DNA of 64,000 bases, from positions 374,826-438,825 of the forward strand of contig MU053561.1 in NCBI GenBank assembly GCA_013239625.1, read 5' to 3'. The notes under the pieces were generated by a model. That model made no database searches, was not told where the DNA came from, and worked only from the letters and a program-made list of their open reading frames with translations. Position 1 is the first letter of the stretch, and each line of letters starts with the position of its first letter. Shown here one piece after another: positions 48,765 through 63,469 of this stretch. Position numbers and translations under genes: made by a program. This stretch comes from Lama guanicoe (lineage: Eukaryota).

Positions 48765-51700
48765 TTAAAATTTTAATTGTGATAAAATATTCTAATATAA
48801 TTTTATATATTTAAAGTGTACAGCTTGATAATTTGACAGACATACATTGTGGAATGACGACCAAAAACAATTAACACATCCATCACCTCACATAGTTAAA
48901 TTTTTCAGGAGGTGAGGATGCTTAGAAGAAATCCTCAGCAAAATTTCAGGTATACAATACTGTATTGTTAACTACATTTACCATGCTTTACATTAGATCT
49001 TCAAAACGTATTTAATTATAATGGAAAGTTTGTACCCTTTGACTTACATCTACTCATTTTCCCCTCACCACAGCCCTTCACAACCACCATTCTATTCTCT
49101 GTTTCTATGAATTTGTCCCTTTAATAGAACTTTCACATGTAAGCGATACCATGTAGTATTTGTGTATCCTTGTGTGACTTTTTCCTTAGCATAATGCCCT
49201 CTGGATTCAAGCTTGTTTTTTCAAATGGCAGGATTTTTTATGGCTAAATTGTATTCCAGTGTGTGTGTGTGTATTTTATTCATTCATACTTTAAATGACA
49301 TCTAGGCAGTTTCCAAGTCTTGGTAATTGTAGATAATGCTGCAATAAATGTGAGAGTGCAGATATCTTGGAGGTAATAACTTAACTTTCTTTGGATGTAT
49401 AACCAAGAGCGGGATTGCTAGATCATAAGGTAGGCCTATTTTTAATTTTTTGAGGAAACACCATAGCATTTTCCATAGTGGCTGTACCCTTTGCATTCCC
49501 ATCAGCAGTGTTAAAGTGTTCCTTTTTTTTTTTTTTTACTACTTAGCAATGTTTGTTTTCTCTTATTTTTTTGATATAGCATTTCTGTCAGATATGAGGT
49601 GATATCACATTGTGGTTTTGGTCTGCATTTCCCTGATGATTAGTGGTAATGAATGCCTTTTCATACAATTAGTGGCCGTTTGAATGTCCTCTTTAGGAAA
49701 ATACCTGTTCAGGTCATTTACCCAGTTTTAATTGGATTATTTGCTTCTTTGCTGTTGACTTGTAAAAATAGTTCATATATTTTGGATATTAACCCCTTAT
49801 CAGATACATTGTTTGCAAACATTTTCTCCTACTGTGTAAGTTGCCCTTTCAATTTATTGTTTCCTTTGCTGTGCAGATTTTTAGTTTTGTGCAATCCCAC
49901 CTCTTTATTTTAGCTTTTGTTGCCTGTGCTTCTGGTCGGCCTTATCCAAGAAATCATTGCCAAGGCCAGTGTCAAGGATCTTTTCCCTGTGTTTTCTTTT
50001 AGGAGTTTTACACTTCCAGGATTTATATTTTTAAGAATATAGTATAGTAGTGTTAGACACATTCACATTGTTATGAAACCAATCTCTGGAACTCTTTACA
50101 TCTTGCAAAACTGAACCACTATTCCCATTAAATAGAAACTCAACCCTTTTCCCTGTGGCTGTGAAACCACTATTCTACTTTAAGTCTCTATGACTATATG
50201 TCTCTGTTTAAGTACCTCATCTAAGTGGAATCCTATAGTAATTGTTTGTGACTGGCTTATTTCACTTCGCATAAAGTCTTCATGATTCATCCATGTTGTA
50301 GCATGTCAGAATTTCCCTCCACTTTAAGGCTGAATTATATTTTATTGTATGTATATACCACATTTTATTGATCTATTCATTCCTTGGTGGACCCTTGAGT
50401 TGCTTCTATCTTTTTCCTATTGTGAGTAATGTTTGTTGTGAATATGGGTGTACAAAAAAATCTGGTTGTTTCCCGGCTCATATCCCTTAGGGTAAATACT
50501 CAGATTTGCAATTTCTAGGTCATATGGTAATTCTATTTTTAATTTTTTGAAGCCACCATTTTGTTTGCCATAGCAATTGCCTCCTTTCACATTCATACAA
50601 GCAGCTCCCAAAGATTCCAATTTCTCTATATTCTTGCCAACACTTGTTATTTTCTGGTCTTGGATAATAGCCATCTTAATGGATGGAAGATGCTATCCAT
50701 TGGTGTATTGATTTGCATTCCCCTAGTGATTGCTGGTGTTGAGCATATTCTCATGGGCCAGTTGGTCATTTGCATATTTCCTTTGGAAAACTTTCTGTTC
50801 AAGTCCATTGCCCATTTTTAAATCCAGTTGTTTTTGGTTTTGTTTTTGTTGGTGTTGAGCTGTAGGTGTTCTTTCTTTATTACCATTCTTTACCTCGTAT
50901 CAGATACATGATTTGCAAACATTTTTCCCTACTCTGTAGGTTGCCTTTTTCCTCTGCTGACTGTGTTCTTGGTTTCATTTTGTTTGTTTAAAATTAAACT
51001 TGTATATATTTAAAGCGTACAATATGATGCTTTGATATACATGTAATAGTGAAGTGATTACTACAAACGAGCTAATGAAGAACTGTCTCCTCACATACTT
51101 ACCTTTTCTCTGTGTTCTGAGAGCACTGATATGTAGTCTCTTACAAATTTCCAGTACACAGTCCAGTATTATTTATAGTCATCATGCTGTACATTAGATC
51201 TCTAGGTCTTATTCAACCTATGTAACTGCAACTTTGTACCCTTGGACCAAAATCTCCCTGTCTCTCCCCCCGCCCCCCAGACTGGTAATCACTGTACTAC
51301 TCTCTTCTTCTATGAATTCTACTTTTTGAGATTCCATATACAAGTGAGATGATGCAGTGTTTTTTCTTTCTGTGTTTGGCTTATTTCACTTAGCATAATG
51401 TCTTCACAGGGTCACAGATGGCAGGGTCTTCCTTTTAAGGCTGAATATTTCATCGTATATGTGGATCAGTTTCTTTATCCCTTCATCTCTTAATGGATAT
51501 TTAGGTCGTTGCCTTATCTTGGGTATTAAAAATGCTGCAGTGAACTCGGGAGTGCATGTGTCTCATCAAGACACTGATTTAATTTCCTTTGCAATAAGTA
51601 CCCAGGAGTGGGATTGCTAAGTCAAACAGTAGATGTATTTTTAACTTTTTGAGAAACCTCCACACTGTATCCAAAATGTCTGTATCAATTTACATTCCCA

Positions 51701-52220
51701 GCAGTGTGCACGAATTCCCTTTTCTTGCCAGTATTTTGCCAGTACACGTTATCTTTTATCTTTCGTACAATGGTCATCTTATCCATTGTGTGAGGTGCTA
51801 TCTCGTTGTGGATTTTATTTTTATTTCTCTGATGATTAGTGATGCTGAACACCTTTTCGTATGCCTGTTGGCCATTTGTAAGTCTTCTCTGAAGAAATGT
51901 CTACTCACATCCTTACCCATTTTTAAATAGGGTCACTTGTCTGGGGTTTTTTGCTGCTGAGTTGTATATTACGTATTTTAGATATTAACACCTTATCAGA
52001 GGTGAAGTTAGAAAATATTTCCTACCAGCTTGTAGATTGCTTTTTTATTTTGTTCATCATTTCCTTTGCTTTGCAGAAGATTTTTAGCTTGATGTAGTTT
52101 CATGTGTTTATTTTTGCTTCTGTTGCCTGAGCTCTTGTTGCCATATCCAAAAAAATCACTGCCAAAACCAATAGTAAGGATCTTTTCTCCTATATTTTCT
52201 ACCAAGAGTGTTATGGTTTC
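48765..52220 (-). mobile_element. Cluster of three antisense LINE-1 3' fragments (~48765-50030, ~50035-50970, ~50985-52220)
   Basis: L1 3'UTR/ORF2 C-terminal text repeated three times; - strand ORFs such as VQPLWK...LPYDLAIPLL. Confidence 0.88.
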
Positions 52221-52222
52221 AA

Positions 52223-54091
52223 TTCCACGATATAAGTTCAGGAAACACAAATCAATGGTAAACAGGGATCTGAATGGTGAGTAGTTTTGTGCGAGAGGGA
52301 CCTTGACTGAGAAGAGGGCAAGAAAAATCTTTCTGGACACTGAAAATATCTTCACCTGGGTGGTGATTTCATGAATGTATTCATACTCAAAATTCCATGT
52401 AAAATTTACTTAAGATCTTCCAATTTTACTAACATAAGTTATATTTCAATAAAATGTATCTATAATACTGACAGATGTATAAAAACCTAATAGTATAAAA
52501 TTAAAATATACAGTTATACATAATTTTATGTTACAGAATTTAAAACATTAGTGTTTTATTATATTTGTTTCAGATAATTCGAAGATAATGCAGTAAGACT
52601 CTTTAACCATCTCTATTCCATTCCCCTCCCTTTCCTTCCTCCCTTTTTCCTTTTCCAGTTACTTGTTTCCATAAATTGAATCTGTGGAGATTATTTTATG
52701 CTTAAAAACTTTGTTATTTGCAATAGGTGATCCATGAAGCAAACACATTTTCAAATTCAGTGGTATGAAATGTGGGACTGCAGAAATGCAAAGTTAATTA
52801 AGTGAGCAAGGCGAAGCAGCTGTTGCCTAGCTGGGTAGGAGCTCTGGAGTCCAGTTGGAAAACCCGTACCTGTGGGGTCCTGGCTGCTCTTTGGCACCAC
52901 CTGGTGGCACCTGGCTGCCTCAGCATAAATATGTTGGGGTTGAGTCTGGGTTCTGTCATCAGACTGGGATTTGCAAGCTCTTCACTGGAAATCATCACCA
53001 GCTTCAACATGCCTATTTCAGATGAGAGAGACCAGCAAACACTGGGATGTAAGGACCCAGCTCCTGCCTCTGTTATGGAACTGGCTCATGTTCTCCATCT
53101 CTCTTTCCTTTCTCTCCACCATGACCCCTTTCATTCACTCCCAGAAAAGGTTTAAGAACAGTAATTTTCAGAGGATGCACACCAACCAGTAATCATGTTA
53201 TATCAGAATCTAGTTACTGTGGTTATTGCAGGGTTTTACATTTGAGAACCGGAAATGAGGAAGAGAAGGTGTGTTCATCTGAGGGTAACAAGACTACACA
53301 CCTGGACAACCCAAGAAAACTTGCTAAAAAGACTACCCTAAATCATTAGAAATTTAGTAAACAAAAGAATGGAAAATTTATCAACAAAATCCAATTTGGG
53401 GATGTAATTGAGGAGAAAAGCACATTTACATAGCAAAGATACACCCCCCCCAAAAGATAACACATGGGTAATCCAAAGAAACAACCTTTAAAATAATTAC
53501 TAAGTGCAAATGTTACCAAATATCCCCCACTCCTGACTTGTCATTGCTGCTTCTTTATCAAAAAGCTTTAGTTCTGCTCTACTCTTCCCACCTAGTAAAA
53601 ATCATGAATATCTGACCATGCCTGTAACTTTGATAAAATTCATTAAGATACTCAATTTTTTAACCTGCCTCAACATCATCAAACACAAGTACAAGTCCCA
53701 TAATAAGCCCTCCCTAACACTCACTTACTGAGACACCACATCTCCCCTTAGTGTGCAACGTTCCTTGCAGCAAACAGCATTGATAAATCCATCTTTGTTT
53801 GACTTACTGGGGTGCTCCTGGTGGTTTGACTGAGGGATGTCAACAGAGCCTGTGCTGACACTCGGAGAGAGGAAGGATCCCCCTGTAACACCTGTCATAC
53901 ACGCGGCCTGACTGTCACAATGACAGTCAATGAACTTTTCATAAAGATGGTACATATATGAAGCCATCATAAATCTTAGTGTAGCTTCCAGAATCATTAT
54001 CATACAGAGAGTTATCTCTGTACAGAGGACTATGAAATTAGAAACAAAAGTCAAAATCTAGCCAACACCACCGTACATGTGAAAAAAATTT
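52223..54091 (+). repeat. Segmental duplication block A, copy 2
   Basis: Same sequence as 35307-37175, offset ~16.9 kb. Confidence 0.95.
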
Positions 54092-54784
54092 GATCCAATG
54101 ATAAGGCAGAATAATACCACACTTGGAAGACAGCATTGCATTCCATACAAAAAACCAGAGATGTACTAGAAGAAAATTTTAACATGCACGTTATATAGAT
54201 ATTTTTTATGAGATAAGCAAGAAGAATGACACAAAAACCAGGAGCTAGAAGAGTTTAAAATGTCCTGTACAATAAGGACACTGTAAAAGTGAAGTGACAA
54301 ATAACAGATTGGCAGAATTGATTTGCAATATACAAGCAGCTCCATTAAGTTGAAAAACAAAGCAAAGTAATAGAAGAATGGGCAAAGGATATGAACAGGT
54401 GAATATAAACACATTTAATAATGTGTATCAGAAAGTTGCTAACAGAGTAAATCCTAAAATTTCTCATCACAAGGCAAAAAACATAATTATGGGTGGTGAT
54501 AGCTATTAACTGTACTTATTATGGTGATTATTTTGCAGCATACACATAATTAAACTATCAAGATGAGCACTTAACTAATACAATGTTATATATCAGTTTT
54601 ATCTGAATTTTAAAAATAATTTTAAAAAGTAGATTGGCTGAGTTACTATATATGTTCAACCTCACTAATAATCAGAGAATGCAGTTTACAATCTTGAGCT
54701 ATGTTCTTTTTCTAATGTAAGTCTAGATATAGGAGCTGGATATTAAACACTGCTGGAAAGTCTATAGAAATACAGGCTTTCTAT

Positions 54785-54985
54785 AGCTGTGCTGTCTAAC
54801 ATGGCAGCTAGTAACCAATAGTTAGTGGCTATTTAAGTTTAAATTATCCTAAAGTTAAATTAATTTGAAATTCAGTTGTTCACCACAATAGCCACGTTTC
54901 AAGTGTTCAGTAACTTCAGGTCATTAGTGTCTACAGTATTGGACTTTATTAGCATATCTATTATTACAAAAAGTTCTACTGAACA
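54785..54985. mobile_element. MER3-like hAT DNA transposon remnant
   Basis: ctgtgctgtctaacatgg...gccacgtttcaagtgttca...aaagttctactgaacag; family recalled from memory. Confidence 0.7.
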
Positions 54986-57900
54986 GACTAAAGACATAGG
55001 TGACATGGCAGATCAGAAAGCCCCAACACTCCTTCTCCCGCTATAGATGAACCTCTGGGAGGACTCTGGAAATCAGTTAAAGGACTTCTGCACCGCAGGT
55101 GAGCATGAAACAGACTGCATGGAAGTTGGATATGGAATCCGCATCACTATTCACTTTGTCTCCTCAGAGGTCTACTCCCCACAAAACTCTCACCTCCACC
55201 ACCACACATACACATATGATGCATCGTATTTGGAAGAAAACCCTCGACCTCCAACTTTTCTTGGGGTAGGAGGGAAAGGAGTTGAATGAAAGTCCAAATG
55301 AAATTAAAGGGCTGGTCTGAGGGACTATATCTATCTTGACTGTGTTTCAGTACTGACAGGAATGAGAATGACAGGTTTAAAGTCTCTGATGAAAAAGAGA
55401 AAAGCCATGCAACAGGGTGTGCAGCACCACAGGCAAAAACTACAATGGAGCCCCAGGATGGAGCCCCAGCATTGCAGACAGGCTGCAATACTGACAACAG
55501 TCACCAGTGGGAGCTCCTGAGTAGAGATTGGCAAATCTCTTCAAATAGCTTATACACACAAGCCCAGAAAGGATCCACACTGGGCACACCCACATGCAGA
55601 AAGGACTTCAGAGGACTCCAGAATCTAGCCTGGCTGTGCAGAGAAAATCAACCCTGTATGGAACCAGATAGCAATCTGGGAGAGTTAGCTGTTCAAAATC
55701 CAAAACAGAACAACAGAAGCAACATACACAAATGTACAGGCAACCCTGACATGTTTAAAGGAAGCAATTACATCTCTAAAGTGAATATAAAGAAATGGAG
55801 ACATAGGAATTGCCAGACAAACAACCCAAAATTACTGTTAAGAAGATATTCAATGAATTAACTGAGAACACAGACAGCCAGCTAAATAAAATCAGGAAAA
55901 TGATGCATAAACAAATGAGAATATCAAAAAAGAGAGAAACTATGAAGAAGAACCAAAAGGCAATTCTGGAAATAAAGAATACAATACCTGAATTGAAAAT
56001 TTCCCTGGAGGGACTTAATATCAGACTTAACCAGGAAGAAAGAAGAATCAATAAACTCAAAAACGAGAGAAATTTCATAATTAGTGAAACAGGAAGAAAA
56101 GGAATGAAAAAAAAAATGAAGAGAACCTAAGGGACTTACAGGATACCATAAATAAAACAATGAAAATCACAGAAGGAGAAAGCAGAGAGAATGGGGCAGA
56201 AGAGTTATTTGAAGAAATAATGGCCAAAATTTCCCCAAATCTGAGGAAAGAAATGGACATAAATATTCAAGAAGCTCAAAAACTATGATTAGGGATAAAT
56301 CCAAAGAGACCTACAGTCAGGCCATTTTAGACATCATCATAATCAAATAGTCAAAACTCAGAAATAAAAAGATAATCTTGAAAGCAGTAAGAAAAGTAAA
56401 TTTACATACAAGGGAGGTCCTATTAGATTGTCAGTAGATTTCTCAGTAATAATCTTGCAGGCTAGAAGAGAATGTGATGACCGATTCAAATTACTAAAAG
56501 AAAAAACTGCCAGCCAAGAATGCTATGTTCAGAAAAACTACCCTTCCAAAATAAGGAGAAGTCAAGAGTTTCCCACGTAAGCAAAGGATGAGGGATTTCC
56601 TCAACACTAGACCTATCCTACAAGAAGTGCTGAAAGGAGTACTCAAGTTGAAGTGAAAGGCTGATAAACAGCAACCAAAAAAACTCTATAAAATGTATAA
56701 TTCTCTAATAAAAGTAAAATATTTAGACAAATAAAGACTCCCATAGTATTGTCTTATAGATGAGTTACTAACTTATAAATCAAGTATAGATCTTTTTAGA
56801 AAGCTTAAAAACAATTATAAATCTATGTTAATGAATAAGCAATATTAAAAAAGGTAATTTGTGTCAATGACAACATAGTGGGAAGGGGATAGAGATGTAA
56901 AAGAGCAGGGCTTTTATATGTGATTGGAATTCTTATCAGCATAAAATAAATTGTTATAACTTTAAGTTGTCTTAGTAATTGCAATCATAACCACAAAGAA
57001 AGCTTCTATAGAATACATACAAAGGGAAATGAGCAGGGAGTCGAAACACGTCACCACAAAAATCAATGAAACAGAGAAGGAGACAGCAAGATATAAAAAG
57101 AGGGACAAAAAGGCTAGAGGACACACAGAAAACTATTTTTAAAATGGCAACAGTAAGTTCTTCCTGGTTAGTAATTTCTTTAAATGTAAAGAGAGGAAGC
57201 ACACCAATTAAAAGACATAGACCAGATGAATAGAAGAAAAACCAAACAAGATTCAACTATATTTTGTCTATAAAAGACTCACTATGGATTTAAGAAGACA
57301 CATAAACTAAAAATTAAAGGGTGGAAACATATTTCCTGCTATGGGAACCTACAGAGAGAGAGGTGGCGCAGTTATATCACACAAAATAGACTTTAAGGCA
57401 AAAACTGTCACAAGAGACAAGAAAGAACACTATTAATGATAAAAGAGTCAATTTACCAAGAAAATGTAACAATTTAAAATATTTGTGCACCTAACATTAA
57501 AGCACCCAAATATATGACGCAAACATTGACAGGACTGAAGGCAGAAATAAGACAGCAACACAATAAAAGTAGGAGACTTCGACACCTCAGTCTCAGTTAT
57601 ATATATGCTAACAAATTGGATAACCAAAAAATGGATGAATTCCTAGAAACATACAACCTGTCAAGGATGAATCATGAAGAAATAAGAGATTAAGCAGGCC
57701 TACAACTAGTGGGGAAATTGAAGCAGTGATCAAAAGCCTGCCAACAATGGAAAGACCATTTCACTGGAGAATTCTGCCAAACATTTAAAGAATAATTGAA
57801 AACAATCCATCTCCAACTCTTCCAAGGAACTGAAGAGGAAAGGACTCTCCCAAACTCATTCTCTGAGGCCAGCATTACCCTGATACCAAAACCAAAACCC

Positions 57901-60642
57901 AGTAAAGAAAGAAAACTACAGATCGATCTCCCTGATGAATATTGATACAGAAATCTTAAACAAAACACTAGCAAGCTGAATTCAACAGCACATTAAAGGG
58001 GTCATAGTTCATGACCAAATGGGATTTATACCTGTAAGCAAGCACGGTTTGACATAATGAAAATCAATCAATGTAATATATCTCATTAACAAAATGAAGG
58101 ACAAAACACATATGATTCTCTCAATGGATGCAGAAAAAGCATTTGACAAAATTCAGTACCATTTCATGATTTAAAAAAAAAACCCTCACAGACTAGGAAG
58201 GGAAGGAAACTATCTCAGCATAATGAAAGTCATATATAAAAAGTTCGTAGTGAACATCATATTCAAAGGGAAAGCTTTTCTTTTAGTATCAGGAGCAAGT
58301 GGGCAAGAACATTCACTCTCACTACCACTGTTCAGCATAGTGCTAGAAGTTATAGCCAGTGCAATCAGACATGGAAAAGAAAAAAAAGGCATGTAAGCTG
58401 GAATAGAAGTATTGAAATAATCTGTTTGTACATGATATGGTCTCACATACAGAGAACCCTAAGGATTCCACCAAAAAAAAAAACCCACAAAAAACTTGTC
58501 AATTCAAGAAAGTTACAGACTACAGAATCAACAGTGAAAAATCAGAGTTGCTTCTATATATTAATAATAAACAATCTAAAATGGAAATTAAGAAAACGAT
58601 CTCATTTACCGTAGCATCAAAAAAGATAACCAAGGACGTAAAAGACTTACACACTGAAAACTACAAAACATTGCTGAAAGAAACCAAAGATGCTTCAAAT
58701 TAATGGAAAGGCTACCCATGATCATGGATTGGAAGACTTCATATTGTTAAAATGTAATAATTAGTAGTCATTATGACAGTTTAGAATTAGCGTAAAGATA
58801 AATATATTGATCAATGGAGTAGAATTGAGAACCCAGAGATAAACCCTTTCATATATGGCCAAATAATGTTCAACAAGAGTGTCAAGACTACACAATAAAG
58901 AACAAACAGTCTGTTTAACAAATGGCATAGGAAAAATTGGATATCCACATGCAAAAAAATAAATAAAGCTGGATCCTTACCATACACTTTACATGAAAAT
59001 AACTTAAAATGGACTAAAAACATATGTATAAGAACAAAACATATTATCTCCTAGAATAAAACACAGAGAAAATCTTCAGGACACTGAATTTACAGTATTT
59101 CCTGAATATGACACCAAAAGCACAGGTGTCAAAATAAAAATTATGTGAATGGGACTACGCCAAACTTTAAATCTTCTGTACACCAAAAGAAACGATCAAC
59201 AGCGCAACAGCGTGAAAAGGCAACCTACAGAATGGGAGAAAATAATTGCAAGTCATGTATCTGATAGAGGTTAATTTTCAGAATATATAAGAAAATTCTT
59301 CAACAACTAAGAACCAAATAATTCCGTTCAAAAACTGGCAAAGGACTTGGACACAGGCATATCTTATTTTATTGCATTTTGCTTTGCTGCACTTTGCAAT
59401 TATTGCATTCTTTACAAATTGCATGTTTGTGGCAACACTAGGTCAAGCAAGTCTCTCTGTGCCATTTTTCCAACAATATTTGTTTACTTTGTGTCTTTGG
59501 GTCAGATTTTGGTAACTCTCACAATATCTCAAACTTTCTATTATTATTATATTTGTTATTGTGATCTATGATATGTGGTCTTTGATGTTACTATTGCAAA
59601 AAATTCCTATTTCCTTAAGGTTCAGAAGATAGTTGGGATTCTTTAGCAATAAAGTATTTTTAAATGCATACATGTTCACTGGTTTTTTTAGACATAATGT
59701 TATTTCCCACTTAATAGACTACAATATCGTGTGAATATAATTTTTATATAAAAAATGTGTGACTTACTTTAATGCAAATTCACTATATTGGAGTGAAACC
59801 AAAAATTTTGTGTGATATACTTTATTGCAATACTCACCATATTGCAGTGGTCTGAAATCGAACCCGTAATATCGTCAAGTTATGCCTGTAGATATTTTCC
59901 AAAGGAGATATAGAAAAAATGGATCAACACATGAAATGATGATCAATACCATCATTAGAGAAATGCAAATCAAAACCACAAAGAAATACCTCTTTACACT
60001 AATCAGAATGGTCTTATCAAAAGAACAGTAAATAATAAGTGTTGGTAAGAATGTGGAGAAGTTGGAATCCTGTGATATGTTGGTGGGAAAGTCAAATGAC
60101 AGAGTCATTATGGAAAACAGTATGGAGGGTCCTCAGAAAGTTAAAAATAGAATTACATATGATCCAGCAATCCCACTTCAGGATATATACCCTAAAGAAC
60201 TCAAGGTAGGATCTCGAAGAGATAATTGCACATCCATTTTCATTGCAGCGTTATTCACTGTAGTCAAGAGGTGGAAGTAACCTAGATGTTCATCAGCAGA
60301 TGAATGACCAAAGCAAGTGTGGTATAGACATACATGGATCAGTATGTGTGCTTAAAAAGAAGGAAACCCTGTCAGAAGCTATAACAAAAATGAACCTTGA
60401 AGACATGCTAAGTGAAACAAGGTCGTCACAGAGAGGAAGTAGAAATGTAGTTTCTTCAAAGAGCAGGGGAGAAGGGGTAAAATTATTGTCTAATATGTAT
60501 AGAACTTCGGTGCTGCAAGATGAAAAAGTTCTATACAGATCTGTTGCACAAAAATGTTAGCGTGCTTACACTATGGAAATGTACGCTTTAAAATGGTTAA
60601 TGTGATAAATTTAATGTTATTTACTTTTTACCAAAAGTTTTT
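54986..60642 (+). mobile_element. Near full-length degenerate LINE-1 (5'UTR, ORF1 ~55780-56660, ORF2 ~57140-60300 with deletions and stops)
   Basis: ORF1-like coiled-coil ORF 55810-56130; endonuclease and RT remnants; degenerate TSD aaaagttcta(c/t)tg(a/g)aca at 54969-54985 and 60643-60659. Confidence 0.9.
59354..59888 (+). mobile_element. Tigger1-like internally deleted DNA transposon nested in L1 ORF2
   Basis: Terminal inverted repeats caggcata...tatgcctg; Tigger1-like end sequences; flanking L1 sequence rejoins across it. Confidence 0.85.
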
Positions 60643-60734
60643 AAAAGTTCTATTGGACAAGCAGCTTTGTACATAGTTTGCAAATCAATACAAGATTTTA
60701 AGAAATTTATTTGACTTTTCATTGATTTCCACTT

Positions 60735-60810
60735 GGAGGAGGTACTGGAGACTGAACCCCGACTTCTTGGGTGCTGAACATGCACTCTACCACATGAGCT
60801 ATACCCTCCC
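60735..60810 (-). mobile_element. tRNA-derived SINE, Vic-1-like
   Basis: Reverse complement gggagggtatagctcatgtggtagagtgcatg...ggttcagtctccagtacctcc is homologous to 2763-2840. Confidence 0.8.
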
Positions 60811-61189
60811 TACAGAGTTTATGGTGATTTTTAAAGAGCTCAGTCAATCTGAGTACTTGCTTTCTCTTTGGCCTAACAATTTCAATTCTAGGAACCCATC
60901 AGAAGAGGCAAAAAATATGTGTGTGTATACATGTATATACACGAATGTGTACACGTGTATATTTACATATAAATACATAAGTTCTTTAATACATATATAT
61001 GTATATGTATTGCCATAATATAAAATACTTGTCAAAAAGAAAAATGTAGAAATTTGAAGCAATACTATTGTATCGTCATCCATCCATAAAGGAAATAGTT
61101 AAATAAATGATTATGTGAATACTATAATCTGAATATAGTATCTGTTATGGGCAATAATCTACATCTGATATTAACAACGACCTAGAAAA

Positions 61190-62098
61190 TTATTTACAAT
61201 GTATTATGTACTGAAAAGTAGCAGTGTCAAAAGTATATGAACAGGATGTACTATTTTAAAATATGGCATACTTTCCATATTTTAATGGCATATGAACAGG
61301 TGGAGAAACATACATAAGAGCTCTTTCTGGGGGTTGGGAGGAGCTTACTGGAGACATATGCAGGTTAAGGATAAAGGAAGCTTGCATCTTCTACTCTATG
61401 GAACTAAGAGTTATTTCCATTTTTTATAATATATATTCACCTTTTACAATATCATTTTTGTAAATAAGAAGAACTATGTCAAAGCAGGCTATTTCCACAA
61501 GGCTTTGTGTTATCAAACAGATGCTACAGAGTTTAGCCCACAGACAATACTGTAGCAACAAGAGTTGATGAATTAGATGATGAATTAGGAGTTTTTCATC
61601 AAGAAATTCTCCAGTGGCCTAAAGAAAATGGTATAAATTTGAAAACGATGATAAAATCAAATGGATACAAAAGATAGATTCCAACTACCCTCCCCAGTTT
61701 AGGCTGCTGGGTGCTTGAGAAAATCTACCAGATTTACAGACTGGGGGAAACTGTCATTTCTGGTTTCCAACCTGAACTAGGAGCTCAGCACACTTGGTGA
61801 TGCTTCCATTTGTCCCTAGTCAGCTCTCTCCTGAGTTCTCCTCTTCATCTCCCTCACCCTTACCACGCCCTCACCTCAGCCCCTGACTTTACAGGAAAAC
61901 TGAGACTTCAGACCTGCCCTCCCTGACTGTCTACTCACTACACTCACAGCTTCCCCTGCCTGCCAACCGGGTCATCTCCACAGTGCACAGGCCTCCTGGT
62001 CTGCTTATCCCTGAGGGGGGCCCCTTTGAGGGGATCCTCTGTCCTCTCCCGGAGGCTGGGCAGGGCTGTCTGCTGGGGCTTTCCCACCAGTACATGAG
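61190..62098 (+). repeat. Duplication block B, copy upstream of the second ADAM30
   Basis: Reverse complement of 43200-44100, with a near-identical core and more diverged ends. Confidence 0.95.
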
Positions 62099-63469
62099 AC
62101 AGACACCTTAAAATTTCCACCTCCTGGGAAGAACTTCTCATATTTCTTCCCTTCACGAGAGTCAACTTCTTTTGCTATTTTCTCCTTCCCCGTGTGACTG
62201 GACCATGATACAGAAGCCAAAAACGTGAATATTCTTTTTGATTCTTACTTCTCTCCTGCTGGAAGAATCCATTCAATCGTTAAGTCCAGCAGAGTCTGCT
62301 TTATTCATATTTTTTGAAGATGTCCACTTGTGTCCTTCCCCAGAGGGTAACAGAGGTGACTGGTAAGGAGGCTCCAGGAGGGAAGTGCCTAAATGTGTGT
62401 GGCAATGGTGTCACCTAGCATCACCATCGAGTGCAAATACAGTTTCAGTCTCCTTGTGTGTGAACTATGGAAGATAATCATAGAGTTACCATCCTCTGCA
62501 AAATAGGGTTCTTGCGAAGACTTAATGGGCTGATTCACGCAGAGAGCCTGGAAGAGTGGCTGGCACACAGTAAGCCTTCCATAAACACTGAATTTTATGA
62601 GCTCCAATGCCATTATTTCTGGCCCACTGACAACATCGCTTGACTGGATTGTTACATGAAGTTAACTGGTCTCCCTGATTCAGGCCTGGTCCTTTTTAAA
62701 CCTTTCCCTGTAATGCAGACGTAATTAATTCCCTAAGAACATAATTGAAAATGTTCCTTTTGAGTCAAAAGTTCTCAACAAAATCATAAGACCCTGTAAT
62801 TTATGGATTCCACAGACAACTAGTTCTTTTATATTCTGAGCAGGGATCTTGGATGGAGCTTTGCAGTCTCCTCTCTCAGCCATCACTCATACTAGAAACA
62901 TATATAAACTCTTCACCTTGCTCTGAAAGCTCCTGGGTTTTGCTCTTTTCACGGATATTTTACTCTTTCTAGATTCTTCCACCACTGCACACCCACACCA
63001 GAAAATCACGCTGATCCCTGGCAACCCAAGGACACAGAGCAGAAAGAACCACCTGACCAAATGAAACTTTCCCTTGCCTGAAGCCAGGCGCTGCCCGGGG
63101 GGCGGGTGGGGATATGAGTCTGCACTGATTTTCAGTTCCGGCGCTACCCATGCCGGCTCCTGTGCGCCTTCCCTTTGCTGCAAGCACCGCAGCTGAAAAC
63201 GGAATGGTGGAATGGAAAGGTGGGCACAGTGGCCTATGAATCACCTGATTCAATCAATGAAAAACCATCAGGTGTGCCCGAGGGCCTCTAGAAACAGACT
63301 AAAGGGCACAAAATACAGCGAGTTTTTTTTTTTTAAACAAGTTCTCTTTTGTTCCTCCCCTTCTTTATTCCGTCTGTTTTGCTCACGCCACTCTCTGCCC
63401 TTCTCCTTCCCTCCTGCAAAGAGCCTCGTTCTGCAAAGAGCTTTTCATTCTCTTCTCGCTCCTTCCCTG

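Noticed and set aside
55810..60300. L1 ORF1/ORF2 as an active element
   Set aside because: Many stops, frameshifts, internal deletions and a nested DNA transposon.
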